The notes under the pieces are model-generated. The model was not told the origin of the DNA. It saw only the letters and a list, made by a program, of their open reading frames with translations, and did not search any database. The position numbers were made by a program, and so were the translations under genes. A stretch of DNA of 64,000 bases from Clostridia bacterium (GTDB lineage Bacteria; Bacillota; Clostridia; Oscillospirales; QAKW01): assembly GCA_017464525.1 (NCBI GenBank), contig JAFTZM010000022.1, forward strand, positions 30,562 through 94,561, in the 5' to 3' direction. This document shows, piece by piece, positions 49,082 through 58,843 of this stretch; position 1 is the first letter of the stretch, and every line of letters begins with the position of its first letter.

Positions 49082-49483
49082 TTATTCCTCGGTCACTTCA
49101 ATAGGGCCTTCTATGTATACATTTCCTCTGTGCTCATCATGTGCATCGATCAGTTCGATGATCAATGTGGTGGCCAGCATGGCAAGAGTGATGATCACCG
49201 CTACGATCACCGCCTTGCGAATGTCAATGGCCTTTCGGACAGTTTGCGGCTCTGCCTCTGAAAGAAGCTGCCGGGCAATTTCCTTGGGATCTCCGAAATG
49301 ATCGTAGATCTCCCGGATATCCGTTACAGCGTGCTCCTCTGTATAGTCGTAGATACTGTTGCTGATATCCCGGATGATCTCCTTTTTTTGCCGTCGGGGG
49401 CAAACCAGATTTTTCTTGATCTGTAAAAGAAATTGCCGAATTTCCTTATCTAAATTATGCATCATTGTTTTCCTCTCTGCCAA
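49082..49483 (-). CDS. DUF1700/HAAS-domain membrane protein (PadR-associated sensor)
   Basis: N-terminal helical HAAS-like region and C-terminal TM; immediately downstream of PadR. Confidence 0.55.
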   Translation of the reverse strand: MAERKTMMHNLDKEIRQFLLQIKKNLVCPRRQKKEIIRDISNSIYDYTEEHAVTDIREIYDHFGDPKEIARQLLSEAEPQTVRKAIDIRKAVIVAVIITLAMLATTLIIELIDAHDEHRGNVYIEGPIEVTEE

Positions 49484-49832
49484 GGATCAGCGCAATTCCC
49501 TTGCTGATCTCGTCGTACTCCATGAGAATTCGTTGCAGATATTCCCTTCCTGCCGGTTCAATGTGATAGTATTTTCTGGTTCTTTTTTTCCCCACCAGCT
49601 TTGAATAGGTAGAAAGATATCCTGCATCCACCAGCTTATAAAGGATCAGGTAAAGGGTTCCTTCCAGCATGGTGAACCGCCCGCCGCTTTTTTCATTGAA
49701 CAGCTGCGTGATCTGGTAGCCGTAAAGATCCTCCTCGCAAAGTAAATGCAGGGCGAGGATCTCTGTGCAGCCACGTTTAAAATTTTCCTGATTTTGACTC
49801 AACCACCCACCCCCATTTCCTATCTTAAGCAT
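49455..49832 (-). CDS. PadR family transcriptional regulator
   Basis: Winged-helix PadR motif region ILALHLL...LYGYQITQL...LEGTLYLILYKL; start uncertain (ATG 49832 or TTG downstream). Confidence 0.75.
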   Translation of the reverse strand: MLKIGNGGGWLSQNQENFKRGCTEILALHLLCEEDLYGYQITQLFNEKSGGRFTMLEGTLYLILYKLVDAGYLSTYSKLVGKKRTRKYYHIEPAGREYLQRILMEYDEISKGIALILGREENNDA

Positions 49833-49868
49833 ATTATAACTGTAATTATAATTTTTGTAAATACTTTT

Positions 49869-49897
49869 AGTGTAAATATATGTTGACAAAATATATT
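49869..49897 (+). promoter_or_regulatory. sigma-A-like promoter TTGACA-N17-TATACT upstream of the C10 peptidase gene
   Basis: AT-rich island leader. Confidence 0.4.
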
Positions 49898-50041
49898 TAT
49901 ACTGTTATACTGAAAATGTAAGATCAAGGAAAGGGTTGAGTCCAATGGTTCATGAATGAACTGTCTATTATGATGCATATACAAAGACAGATTTTTAGGC
50001 CTGTTTATGTTGTCTGAAAATTTACAATAACTATAAAAAAG

Positions 50042-51279
50042 ATGAAAACTTTAATGAAACGTATACGAGTAATTGCGTTTACCGCTATTCTGGTTTTGCT
50101 TCTGCAATCTGGAACCTTTGCTGCAACACCGAAAACAACAATTACCCCTAAACAAGCTGCTGATCTTGCAATTTTTTATTATTGCCTTAATGCCGACGGC
50201 GATAACGTGATTGAAATTGATGAATATATTGCTACTCCTCTTTATGATGACAAAGGAAACGTTACATATTACAGTGTCGATTTTTTCTATCAGAAAACAG
50301 CAAAAGGATACGTTGTTGTAGGCGCCGATTTAAATTATATTCAATGTCCAGAGTTGTGTCCGGGTGAGCAGTTTATCTATTACTCTAATGCACTTAACGG
50401 AATGATTACAATCTATTATAATCCCTATGAGGTCTTTTTTGTTAATGAAAAAGAGGCTACATTTTATGATCTGTATAATGAAGTGTTAGAAGAAAAAGTT
50501 GATGGTACAGTTTATGAAGGAGATTTACAGGAAAATCGTGAACTATTACAATTGGTTTCCAGAACAATTGATCCATTGACGGACCGAAAAGTCTTTACTC
50601 AGCATCCGGTAACATATTTGGAAAGCTTAGGTTATACATCGGTAACAGGCGGTGAGTATGGAACGATAGAATCGGCAATGGATAATGCTGGTGCATTTAA
50701 TTTGATGTTTACAGTTACACAGAGTAATCCGTATGTATTATCTACAGGAACAAAAGTAGATAATGGTGGCCATTGTGCGATAACACAGATATCGAATATA
50801 ATGAGGTATCTCAAATCAAAATATAGTTTAAATTATCCTTCTACATATGAAAAAACGTTTGATGCCGTACTAAATAAAGCAGTATCTTTAGGATACTTTA
50901 ATAATACTTATAATGGATCTGGAGTAAGCGGGAGCAATATTTCAAATCTGGAAAAGTAGAGAAAAAATCCGGACAATATGCAGACTGGGATTTTTTGACT
51001 AGTAAGATTGATGCGGGTATCCCGGTTATATTAGGACTTAGTGCTGAAAGTAACACTTTTACATATACTTCTCACTTAACTGTAGCGTTTGGTTATAATT
51101 CTGTAAGCGGATGGAGAGATAATAATTATGAGATATATTCATTCGCAAAATTATATGATGGACATCCACAAAGAGGAAAATGCTATGTGTGCTGGGATAT
51201 GTTGACTTATTTTGAAACTGATAACACAGATGGGAGCCAGATTATACGTGAAATGTGGGCGCTTTATCCAAAAAAATAA
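50042..51279 (+). pseudogene. streptopain-like (peptidase C10 family) secreted cysteine protease, split by a frameshift near 50914-50956
   Basis: Signal peptide; Cys motif NGGHCAITQISNIMRYL...NYP in frame 2 (resembles the streptopain region around the catalytic Cys, recalled from memory). His motif SHLTVAFGY and GW...N lie in frame 1, which stays open upstream to 50914. About 35% GC. Confidence 0.5.
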
Positions 51280-51922
51280 TAAAAAAAACAATACCACAAC
51301 CAGTGCAATTATCAGTTGTATCCTGATATTACTTTCAATACTGTTCACCGGATGCTCTGCAAGGGCGTTCCGGCCGGAACAGTTAAATGTTGAAGGGGCA
51401 TCAAATGGGGTGTTAAACGCCGAATATGCCCAGCTGTTCTGGGAGGAGATCGTGCAAAAGGCGGCTCCGGATGAAAAGACCGAGGCGGAGGCAGACTATA
51501 CCTTTACTCTGATGGAGGCCCCCGGAGAAAACCGGCGGATCTGCACCTACCGTCTTTCGGTGGAGGAGCAGCTGCTGATGGGGGAGGAAGGCTGCTACCG
51601 CCTGACTCCGGACGCTCTTGCCCTGGCGCAGGAACTGGCCTATCCCGGCAATTACCTTTCAACCTCTGCTGTTGAATATGATCTGCAGGAAGGAACCTAT
51701 ATGGTGATTACCGCTCAGTATGACGATTGTATTCTGGCTTCGTTGTCCGACTCCCCAGAGATCAAGATCAAACTCAACACCAGTTCGAATTATTTTAACC
51801 TGGGAGATAAGGTGACCGGGGATCTTTCATATTGTAAAAAGGACGGCAATCGGATGGAGGCCGATTGCAGCGGCTTGTATACAGAAAAAGAACTCTCCGA
51901 ACGCCCGAATATAGCTTATTAA
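51230..51922 (+). CDS. hypothetical lipoprotein
   Basis: Lipobox LFTGCSA; start lies inside the 3' end of the C10 fragment across two poly-A runs; start uncertain. Confidence 0.4.
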   Translation: MGARLYVKCGRFIQKNNKKNNTTTSAIISCILILLSILFTGCSARAFRPEQLNVEGASNGVLNAEYAQLFWEEIVQKAAPDEKTEAEADYTFTLMEAPGENRRICTYRLSVEEQLLMGEEGCYRLTPDALALAQELAYPGNYLSTSAVEYDLQEGTYMVITAQYDDCILASLSDSPEIKIKLNTSSNYFNLGDKVTGDLSYCKKDGNRMEADCSGLYTEKELSERPNIAY

Positions 51923-51928
51923 AAAGTG

Positions 51929-51955
51929 ACCCCCGCCTGCAATGCAGGCGGGGGT
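51929..51955. terminator. bidirectional terminator hairpin
   Basis: ACCCCCGCCTGC-AAT-GCAGGCGGGGGT. Confidence 0.55.
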
Positions 51956-51959
51956 CGTC

Positions 51960-52775
51960 TTATATGGCGCCGAGGCGTCTCAGAATAGATTGTGCAGCGG
52001 CGGGATCGTCGCTGGTAAACATCCGGCAGCCGAGGTCAAGGGCTTTTTGATACATTTCCTCCGTATCCGGCACCAGAATGCAGGGGAGGATCTCCTGCTC
52101 TGCGGCATAGGCGTAATCTTCGGCAAAGCCTGCGGGCTGCTCTTCGTCCTTGCGCCAGATGGCCGCCCAATCCAGAAAGGATTCCTGGGGCCGTGCGGCG
52201 TGGTCCTTGGGGCGAATGTAGTCCAAATAGCCGTGAAGCACAAACTTACCCGGCCATTTTTCGGCGCAATACTCTAAATTCTGCTCCGAAAAGGAGTTCA
52301 TGATGCTCTTTTCCGCCATCCCGTATTGATCCAGCAGCGACGCCAGCTTATCGATGGTGGCAAAGGCACGCTCCCGGCCGAAGTCCATGGGGTATTCCTT
52401 CAGCTCCCAATTGATGACCGTATGGGTGGGGCTGACCAGCTCCAAAAACTCCTCCACAGTGGGGATCTGTACCCCCTTGAATTCCTTCCCCTTCCAGAAG
52501 CCGGCATCCAGGGCTTTGATCTCAGCGAGGGTCATCTCGTCCACCAGACCTTTGCCGTTGGTGGTGCGCTCCACATCTCGGTCGTGGATGAGGACGAGGT
52601 GACCGTCCTTGGTCATCCGTACGTCGGTCTCAATGGCGTCCAGCCCCAGCTCCACTGCCGCCCGGAAGGCAGGCATGGTGTTTTCGGGAAAGTGGGCCCG
52701 ATCCCCCCGGTGGCAGCCCAGCAGTATGCGATGGCCGTCCAGCCGGGGGTTGTTGGCACGTAATTTATCGGCCAT
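51960..52775 (-). CDS. glycerophosphodiester phosphodiesterase
   Basis: GDPD motifs HRGDRAHFPENT and ETDVRMTKDGHLVLIHD. Confidence 0.8.
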   Translation of the reverse strand: MADKLRANNPRLDGHRILLGCHRGDRAHFPENTMPAFRAAVELGLDAIETDVRMTKDGHLVLIHDRDVERTTNGKGLVDEMTLAEIKALDAGFWKGKEFKGVQIPTVEEFLELVSPTHTVINWELKEYPMDFGRERAFATIDKLASLLDQYGMAEKSIMNSFSEQNLEYCAEKWPGKFVLHGYLDYIRPKDHAARPQESFLDWAAIWRKDEEQPAGFAEDYAYAAEQEILPCILVPDTEEMYQKALDLGCRMFTSDDPAAAQSILRRLGAI

Positions 52776-53808
52776 AGCCCACCTCGGGGTTCACAAAGAA
52801 GCGGGGCTTCTGCCCGTTTCTGTAGCGGGCATAGTCGGTTACCAGCATCTCGGGGCTGTCGCTGTAGGCATTGATGGTATCGCCGCCCCGGTGGGTGGTG
52901 AGAATAACGTTATCCATAAAGAGGAAGGGATAATCCTCGGGCAGGGGCTCCACCGGGTGCACCTCTAAGGCAGCGCCCATCAGCTTATCTGCTTTCAGGA
53001 GGGCGGCCAGGGCATCGTAGTCCACCATGTGGGCCCGGGCGGTGTTGATAAAGAAGGCAGAGGGCTTCATCAGGCTCAGCATCTCGGCGTTCAGAATGAT
53101 GTTCTCATTGCGGGCGTGGAGGGTGACCACATCGGATTCCTTCATCAGGGTGGGCAGATCCACCACCTGGATGGGCAGCCGCTGCAGCATCTCATCCTCG
53201 GGATCGATCTTGATATCATTCACTAAGATCTTGCAGCCGAAAACATTCAGCTTTTCGGCCACGATATGGCCGATGTTGCCAAATCCCACAATGCCGACGG
53301 TCTTGCCCTTCAGCTCCCAGATGTTGCCGGTGTTGCGGAAGTTTTCCCGCCATTGGCCGGCCTTCAGCCCCATATGGGAGGGGATCACATTGCGAGTGAG
53401 GCTGACCATCAGCCCTACCGCCAGCTCGGAAACACCGTTGGCGTTGTGAGCGGGGTTGTTGAGCAGGGGGATGTTGCGGGCGGTGATGGCATCCACCGCA
53501 ATATTTTCCAGACCGCCCCGGTTGGTGAGCACAGCACGGAGCTTTTTGCCCTTGGCGATCAGATCGGCGGGAACCGGGCAGATGTGGGTCATCAGCACAT
53601 CCGCATCCTCGATGAGGTCGTAAACCTCCTGGGGAACCGGCCAGGCCTCGGGGCCGTTGCGCTCGATCTTATGGAAGATATCCCGCATCTCAAAGCGGTC
53701 CTCGGTGCCGAAGAATACTGTCTGGAGCTCATACTCGGGGTACTTGGCAAAGCACTCCTTGTAGTGCTCGGTGCGAACAAAATGATCGCTGATAGCAAGA
53801 ATTTTCAT
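52765..53808 (-). CDS. D-isomer-specific 2-hydroxyacid dehydrogenase family protein
   Basis: NAD motif GIVGFGNIGHIVA; catalytic His near the C-terminus. Confidence 0.8.
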   Translation of the reverse strand: MKILAISDHFVRTEHYKECFAKYPEYELQTVFFGTEDRFEMRDIFHKIERNGPEAWPVPQEVYDLIEDADVLMTHICPVPADLIAKGKKLRAVLTNRGGLENIAVDAITARNIPLLNNPAHNANGVSELAVGLMVSLTRNVIPSHMGLKAGQWRENFRNTGNIWELKGKTVGIVGFGNIGHIVAEKLNVFGCKILVNDIKIDPEDEMLQRLPIQVVDLPTLMKESDVVTLHARNENIILNAEMLSLMKPSAFFINTARAHMVDYDALAALLKADKLMGAALEVHPVEPLPEDYPFLFMDNVILTTHRGGDTINAYSDSPEMLVTDYARYRNGQKPRFFVNPEVGYGR

Positions 53809-53813
53809 GGTTT

Positions 53814-55859
53814 TTACTCCTTATATAATGATTTTTTAATTACTGTGTAGACATATGAGGCAAAGCCGTGGTCGAAGCTGCCCTTGAACTCCCGGTACTC
53901 CCAAAGGGTGCCGGTCAGCTGACCCATGTGGCCGAAAAAGCCCTCGATATCCTTGAGGACCGTGCCGTGTTCCCCCATCTTCAGCAGCGCATCCATCCGC
54001 AGATAGGCGCCGATAAACGCATTCACGGGGAAGATCTCCGGCATCGTATCCCGCTCGGGGGTAAAGACATTCAGGATCAGATCTTTCAAATAGGAAAATT
54101 TGGGGGTTTGGATATCGATGCCGCCGAAGAGAACCGCATAGTATTGCCCTGCTTCGGAGCTGTGTTCCTGCAGCTGTAGGATCCCCGTCTCATCCCGGAT
54201 GGCGTGATCCATGAAGTACCGCCCGTTGAAGGATTGGGCAACGGCCGTCTTGCGTATCTCGGCGGCACGGGCCTTGCATTCCTCGTCTCCGTAGAGGTTA
54301 TAGATGGCCTCCAGCACCCGGGCGTAGAGAAAGTTGGTGGGGTAGTTCACATCCTGCGTCCAGTTGTTAGCCTCGCTCCATTCCACAAAATTCCAGCCGG
54401 GCAGGCTTTCCAACAGGCCGTCTGCATTCTCATAACGGCGGTAAAAATCCAGCAGTGCATAGATGCTGGGGCGGAAGGCATCGACCTTTTCGGCACGGTC
54501 TCGCTTTAAGATGTATTCCTCCACCTCTAAAATGTACCACATCGCCCATTGAGGAATAAAATAGTTGATGGGGCGTACATCGGCAGGATAGGCATCGGGC
54601 AGCATCCCTTCGGGGAGGGCACCTTCGTTTTTAAAGAGGCGGTAGTTTTCCAAAAAGGCATCTTCTACAAGGGTCTGCCCGGTGAGGGCGTATTCGGTAC
54701 GGGCGGTAAAGTAGGAATCGCAGAGCCAGCCGCCCCGCTCCCGGGAGGGGCAATCGGTGTAGAGATCCACCGCATTGTGGGCAAAGGTGCGCACCGCTGC
54801 CCGGCAGATCCGCTTTTGCGCCTCGTTTTCTCCCAGCTCAGGAAGGGACGGCAGAGGAAATTCATATCTGCGGCAGCCAAAGCCCCGGAGGGTCAGGCTA
54901 CCTTTTTTGACCGCTACCATGGCAAAGCGGCAGGTGTAGGGCTCGAAGGTCTGCAGCTCTTTTTCCCCCGGCGCCAGCAGGTATTCCACCACATGGTGAC
55001 CGCTCAGCCCGGCGTAGCGGAACTCCTGGCCTTCGAAGTATTCGCTGAAGCCGATCACCAGGTCTGCTTCCTCCTGCACTGCTAAAGCGGCTGTCAGGAA
55101 TCCCGCCTCGATCTGCCCAAAATCAAAGACTGCATACTCTCCCTCCTGCAGGGTCAGGGGCAGGGCGGCAACTCTTTGGGTGATGTGCTGTGCCTGCCGC
55201 TGGATCCAGCGGTAGGGGAAATGGCTGATCTCTGTTTCGGGGAAAACACCCCAATTCTCGGGGATCACATTATAGGTCCAGCGGGTGGCACGGTAGGGCC
55301 GCTCCGCATCGAAGGCAAATCTGCCCCGCCAAAGGGCGGCAGGCAGAGAAACCACATCGTAACGGGGGTAGGGCGCTCGCCGATCCAGTAATGTGAATCG
55401 CTCTGATAGAACTGTAATTTCTGCCGGCTGAGCGGGGGAGCGGTGATCCCACACCTCGGTGAAGTGCCGCTGGATGGAGTACCGCTCAGTCTTTTGCAGA
55501 CGCTGACCGATAGCAGCGGTAAAATCCCGCCCGGTATAGGCTATGATCTCGCCCTTTTGCTCCACCTCCGCTAAAATGCAGGAGGGCTGTTTGGTTGTGC
55601 TGACGCTTTTGCAATAGTATCCGCAGGCTTCGATCAGCAGCTCTCCCGCCTCCGGCAAAGGAAGAAGATCTTTCCGCAGGTAGCCCTTTGCGGTGCGGGC
55701 GGGGCCTGCGGCAATGAAGCTGCTGTTCAGATAGACCCGGTAAAAGGCGGTGCCTGCCAGATGCAGGGTGGCACCGGCGGGCACCTCGGTGCGGAACAGG
55801 GCGTTGGTGTTCATCCTCCGCTCCAGCCCCTTGATCCAGATGGGTTGCGCTTTTTTCAT
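53814..55859 (-). CDS. alpha-L-rhamnosidase-like glycoside hydrolase (GH78)
   Basis: N-domain YRVYLNSSFIAAGP; catalytic-domain motif DCPSRERGGWLCD; six-hairpin-like C-terminus. Confidence 0.6.
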   Translation of the reverse strand: MKKAQPIWIKGLERRMNTNALFRTEVPAGATLHLAGTAFYRVYLNSSFIAAGPARTAKGYLRKDLLPLPEAGELLIEACGYYCKSVSTTKQPSCILAEVEQKGEIIAYTGRDFTAAIGQRLQKTERYSIQRHFTEVWDHRSPAQPAEITVLSERFTLLDRRAPYPRYDVVSLPAALWRGRFAFDAERPYRATRWTYNVIPENWGVFPETEISHFPYRWIQRQAQHITQRVAALPLTLQEGEYAVFDFGQIEAGFLTAALAVQEEADLVIGFSEYFEGQEFRYAGLSGHHVVEYLLAPGEKELQTFEPYTCRFAMVAVKKGSLTLRGFGCRRYEFPLPSLPELGENEAQKRICRAAVRTFAHNAVDLYTDCPSRERGGWLCDSYFTARTEYALTGQTLVEDAFLENYRLFKNEGALPEGMLPDAYPADVRPINYFIPQWAMWYILEVEEYILKRDRAEKVDAFRPSIYALLDFYRRYENADGLLESLPGWNFVEWSEANNWTQDVNYPTNFLYARVLEAIYNLYGDEECKARAAEIRKTAVAQSFNGRYFMDHAIRDETGILQLQEHSSEAGQYYAVLFGGIDIQTPKFSYLKDLILNVFTPERDTMPEIFPVNAFIGAYLRMDALLKMGEHGTVLKDIEGFFGHMGQLTGTLWEYREFKGSFDHGFASYVYTVIKKSLYKE

Positions 55860-55860
55860 T

Positions 55861-57846
55861 TTAATACACCGTCCTGTTCAAAACCGCCTGCTGCTGCCAT
55901 TCGGGCAGGGCGATAAAGTATTCGCTGAAGCCATAGAGCCGCACCGTAAGGGAACGGTACTTTTCCGGGTGCGCCATGGCTTCCCGGAGGGTGGCATGAT
56001 CCAATACGGTAATGCCCATGTGCAGGCCGCCCTTTTGAAAGTAGGTCTCTGCCAGCGCCCGCAGGATTTCCGGCTTGATGGCGGCAGAGAAGGTCAGGTT
56101 CAGGCCGCCGGCGGCCGTTCTGCCAAAGGGCATCTTGGCCAGGCTGTTCAGCAGGGCGGTGATGCCTTGCTGATCAGCGCCGTAGACCGGGGATTGATTT
56201 TCGGAAATGGGGGTACCGGCCCGGCGGCCGTCGGGAGTGGCAGGGATCTCCGATGCCCATTCGTTATCTCGCTGAAGGGAGTAGAAGGAGGGCAGCAGGA
56301 TCTCTTCCGGCCGGTGGGCGGCATTTTCCACCGCTGTGACCAGCAGGTCTGCCATCTCGGCGGTGTAGCGGTCGGCGGCAAGATCGTTGCCGAATTTGGG
56401 CAGGGCGGCAAGCCTTGACGAAAACAACTCATTTCCCTCAAAATCCTTTTTCAGGATCTCGATAAATTCGCTATAGTCCATCTCCCCCTGAAAGACCAGG
56501 GTATCCAGAGCGCAAAGGGAATCCCCCAAAGTAGCCAGCCCCGGCAGAAAGATGTTTTTGCCCCGGTATTTCAGCCCGTAGGGGGCGTATTGGCACCGCT
56601 CGTTGCAGCTACTGAGCAGCAGGCTGTCCAGAACATAAGCCATCCGGGCCCAGTCCGAGCCGGGATCCCGGCTTTCTACAATGTAGGCCTCCGCCTCTTG
56701 GGTGATGGCGGTGGAGTAGGCTGCTAAAAGGGCTTCTTTCGAGGAAAATTTCCCTTCAAAAAGCACCTTGCAGAAGGTCTGCACCGTGGGGAGGTAAAAT
56801 TCCTCCCGGCAGGAATGTAGGTAAATGTCTCCGGTGCAGCAGGCGGTGAAGGCCGGGTGATCCACGATCTCCCGGGGCAGCCCTTTGCTCTGCAGAAAGC
56901 CCCGGAGCAGGTCATAATTATAGATCTGCAGCTTATCGGTCATGGCCGCCATGGCGGAAAAGACCTTCTTCTTAAATGCATCGGGGGCATTTTGGGCAAG
57001 AATAACGGTGATCTCCGGCTGCGCCATGGAATTGATCTCGGCGGCCTCCAGCATCAGCTCGGTCAGTTCGTTGGCGCGGCCGCCGTCCAGCAGAACATAC
57101 TGCTTGGAGGCCTGGCAGAGCACCGGCTTTTGCTTGTAGTTGTGGGTACCCCGGCCGCAGATCTCGTTGGGCTTGATAAAAAAGCCGGCCAGCATCTCCC
57201 GGATCTCATCGGGGGTGCTTTTTTCTTTCTCAATTAAATAATAGGGGTATAAGTATTCATCCATATAGCCGAAGCCGTAGTCTCGATAGCCCACATAGCA
57301 ACTGGCGATCATGTGCATGAACCATACGCTCTGCAGCGCTGAAAAAAGATCATACGCCGGCTCAAAGGGCACCCTTGAAAGGGCCTCGGCGATCCGCTCC
57401 TTGCCGGCCTGCTTAGCCGCCTCTGCGTACCGCAGGGCAAAGCGGCGGATGGCATTAATGCAAATTTCCGCATTTTTGGCATAGTTTTCGGCCTCTTTGG
57501 TGCCGATTTTTGCGGCATTTTCTTTGATTTTTTCTAAGATTCCACGGTAACCGTATTGCAGCAGGCGGGGGTAATCGGGGGTCAGATGCCCTTTGGCATA
57601 AAAGATCCGGTTGGGGGCATTCCCCTCCGGCGGCCCTTCCACCACACGGCCGGCAAAATGATCCTCCGGCTCCACCGGGGTGGAAACATAGTCCAGCATC
57701 CCCGCCAGCATTTTGGGGTAATAATCAAAGGGTTTATCCTCCTCCGGGGAGAAGGCGGCAAGGTACCGCTCCCGCTCGATGAAGCAATGGGTGTTGCTTT
57801 GGGCAAAAACCTTTTCTTTTAAGGCCTCGATTCGGCTGAGATCCAT
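55861..57846 (-). CDS. PFL-like glycyl radical enzyme family protein (short, 661 aa)
   Basis: N-terminal RIEALKEK...IERERY; Cys-Cys pair FTACCTGD; PDGRRAGTPISENQSP glycyl-radical-enzyme hallmark; C-terminal TVRLYGFSEYF aligning to RVSGYAV. Confidence 0.5.
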   Translation of the reverse strand: MDLSRIEALKEKVFAQSNTHCFIERERYLAAFSPEEDKPFDYYPKMLAGMLDYVSTPVEPEDHFAGRVVEGPPEGNAPNRIFYAKGHLTPDYPRLLQYGYRGILEKIKENAAKIGTKEAENYAKNAEICINAIRRFALRYAEAAKQAGKERIAEALSRVPFEPAYDLFSALQSVWFMHMIASCYVGYRDYGFGYMDEYLYPYYLIEKEKSTPDEIREMLAGFFIKPNEICGRGTHNYKQKPVLCQASKQYVLLDGGRANELTELMLEAAEINSMAQPEITVILAQNAPDAFKKKVFSAMAAMTDKLQIYNYDLLRGFLQSKGLPREIVDHPAFTACCTGDIYLHSCREEFYLPTVQTFCKVLFEGKFSSKEALLAAYSTAITQEAEAYIVESRDPGSDWARMAYVLDSLLLSSCNERCQYAPYGLKYRGKNIFLPGLATLGDSLCALDTLVFQGEMDYSEFIEILKKDFEGNELFSSRLAALPKFGNDLAADRYTAEMADLLVTAVENAAHRPEEILLPSFYSLQRDNEWASEIPATPDGRRAGTPISENQSPVYGADQQGITALLNSLAKMPFGRTAAGGLNLTFSAAIKPEILRALAETYFQKGGLHMGITVLDHATLREAMAHPEKYRSLTVRLYGFSEYFIALPEWQQQAVLNRTVY

Positions 57847-57910
57847 GGGTGCTTCCTCTTTCTGTAAAAATTATTTGACAAAAACATCGTTCAGATGCTA
57901 CTATATAAGA

Positions 57911-58843
57911 ATGAAACGGAATTTATATACAAAAATTGCATATTGGTATTATGTTCTGGGTTTTACTCAGGATGAGATCGCCAAGCGGCTGGGCTTTACC
58001 CGCCAGAAGGTCAACCAGATGATCAATGTCCTCAGGGATCAGGATATCGTGCATATCACCGTGCGGGGCTTTGAGCAGGATCATGTAAAGCTGGAGACCG
58101 CCCTGGAGGAGCAGTATCATCTGCGGGAGTGCCTGGTGGTCAGCGACTACGGCGAGCCGGAAACCGCCGTCTATAAGGTGGCCAATGTAGCGGCCCAATA
58201 CCTGGAGGATACCCTGAAAAACGGCGATACCATTGGCGTTTCCTGGGGCAGGACCCTGAACCTCATCGCCGATCAGATGGAGTTTTCCCATAAAAGCGAT
58301 TGCCGGGTGGTGTCCCTGCTGGGAGCACTGAATATGAGCAAAACGATCAGCAAGACCGATGAGATCGCCCGCAGCTTCGCCAATAAGCTGGATTGCCCCA
58401 GCCTGATGCTGTATGCCCCCCTGATCGTGGAGCATCCCGAAACCAAGGAATGGCTGATGCAGGAAAAGCATATCCGCCAATCCTTCGATTTTATGCGGGA
58501 ATGTAATATTGCGGTGCTGGGCATCGGCACCCTCACCGAAAAGACCTCTGTTTACAGCCGGGAGGTGGTCACCAAGGAGGAGCTGCCCCAGTTGCAGGCG
58601 CAAGGGTTTGTGGGGGATATTGCCACCAACCTGGTGCGGCCGGATGGCAGCTGGGATTCCAATCCCCTTCAGAGCCGGATCCTGGCCGCCGATATGGATT
58701 ACCTGAAGGCCATCGATAATGTGGTGGCGGTGGCGGCCGGAGCCTCCAAAGCGGCTGCTGTTCAGGCGGTGCTCCGCTCCGGATGCGTGGATACCCTCAT
58801 CATCGATGAGACCGCCGCAAGGCTTTTAGAAATACAAATGTAA
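57911..58843 (+). CDS. SorC/DeoR-family sugar-binding transcriptional regulator
   Basis: N-terminal HTH IAKRLGFTRQKVNQM; SorC sugar-binding domain. Confidence 0.75.
   Translation: MKRNLYTKIAYWYYVLGFTQDEIAKRLGFTRQKVNQMINVLRDQDIVHITVRGFEQDHVKLETALEEQYHLRECLVVSDYGEPETAVYKVANVAAQYLEDTLKNGDTIGVSWGRTLNLIADQMEFSHKSDCRVVSLLGALNMSKTISKTDEIARSFANKLDCPSLMLYAPLIVEHPETKEWLMQEKHIRQSFDFMRECNIAVLGIGTLTEKTSVYSREVVTKEELPQLQAQGFVGDIATNLVRPDGSWDSNPLQSRILAADMDYLKAIDNVVAVAAGASKAAAVQAVLRSGCVDTLIIDETAARLLEIQM

Noticed and set aside
51200-51290. Programmed ribosomal frameshift at the poly-A runs linking the protease fragment to the lipoprotein
   Set aside because: No canonical X-XXY-YYZ slippery heptamer with a downstream structure, and the upstream protease is itself already frameshifted. 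Sequencing error or decay is more parsimonious. Kept only as a low-interest note.
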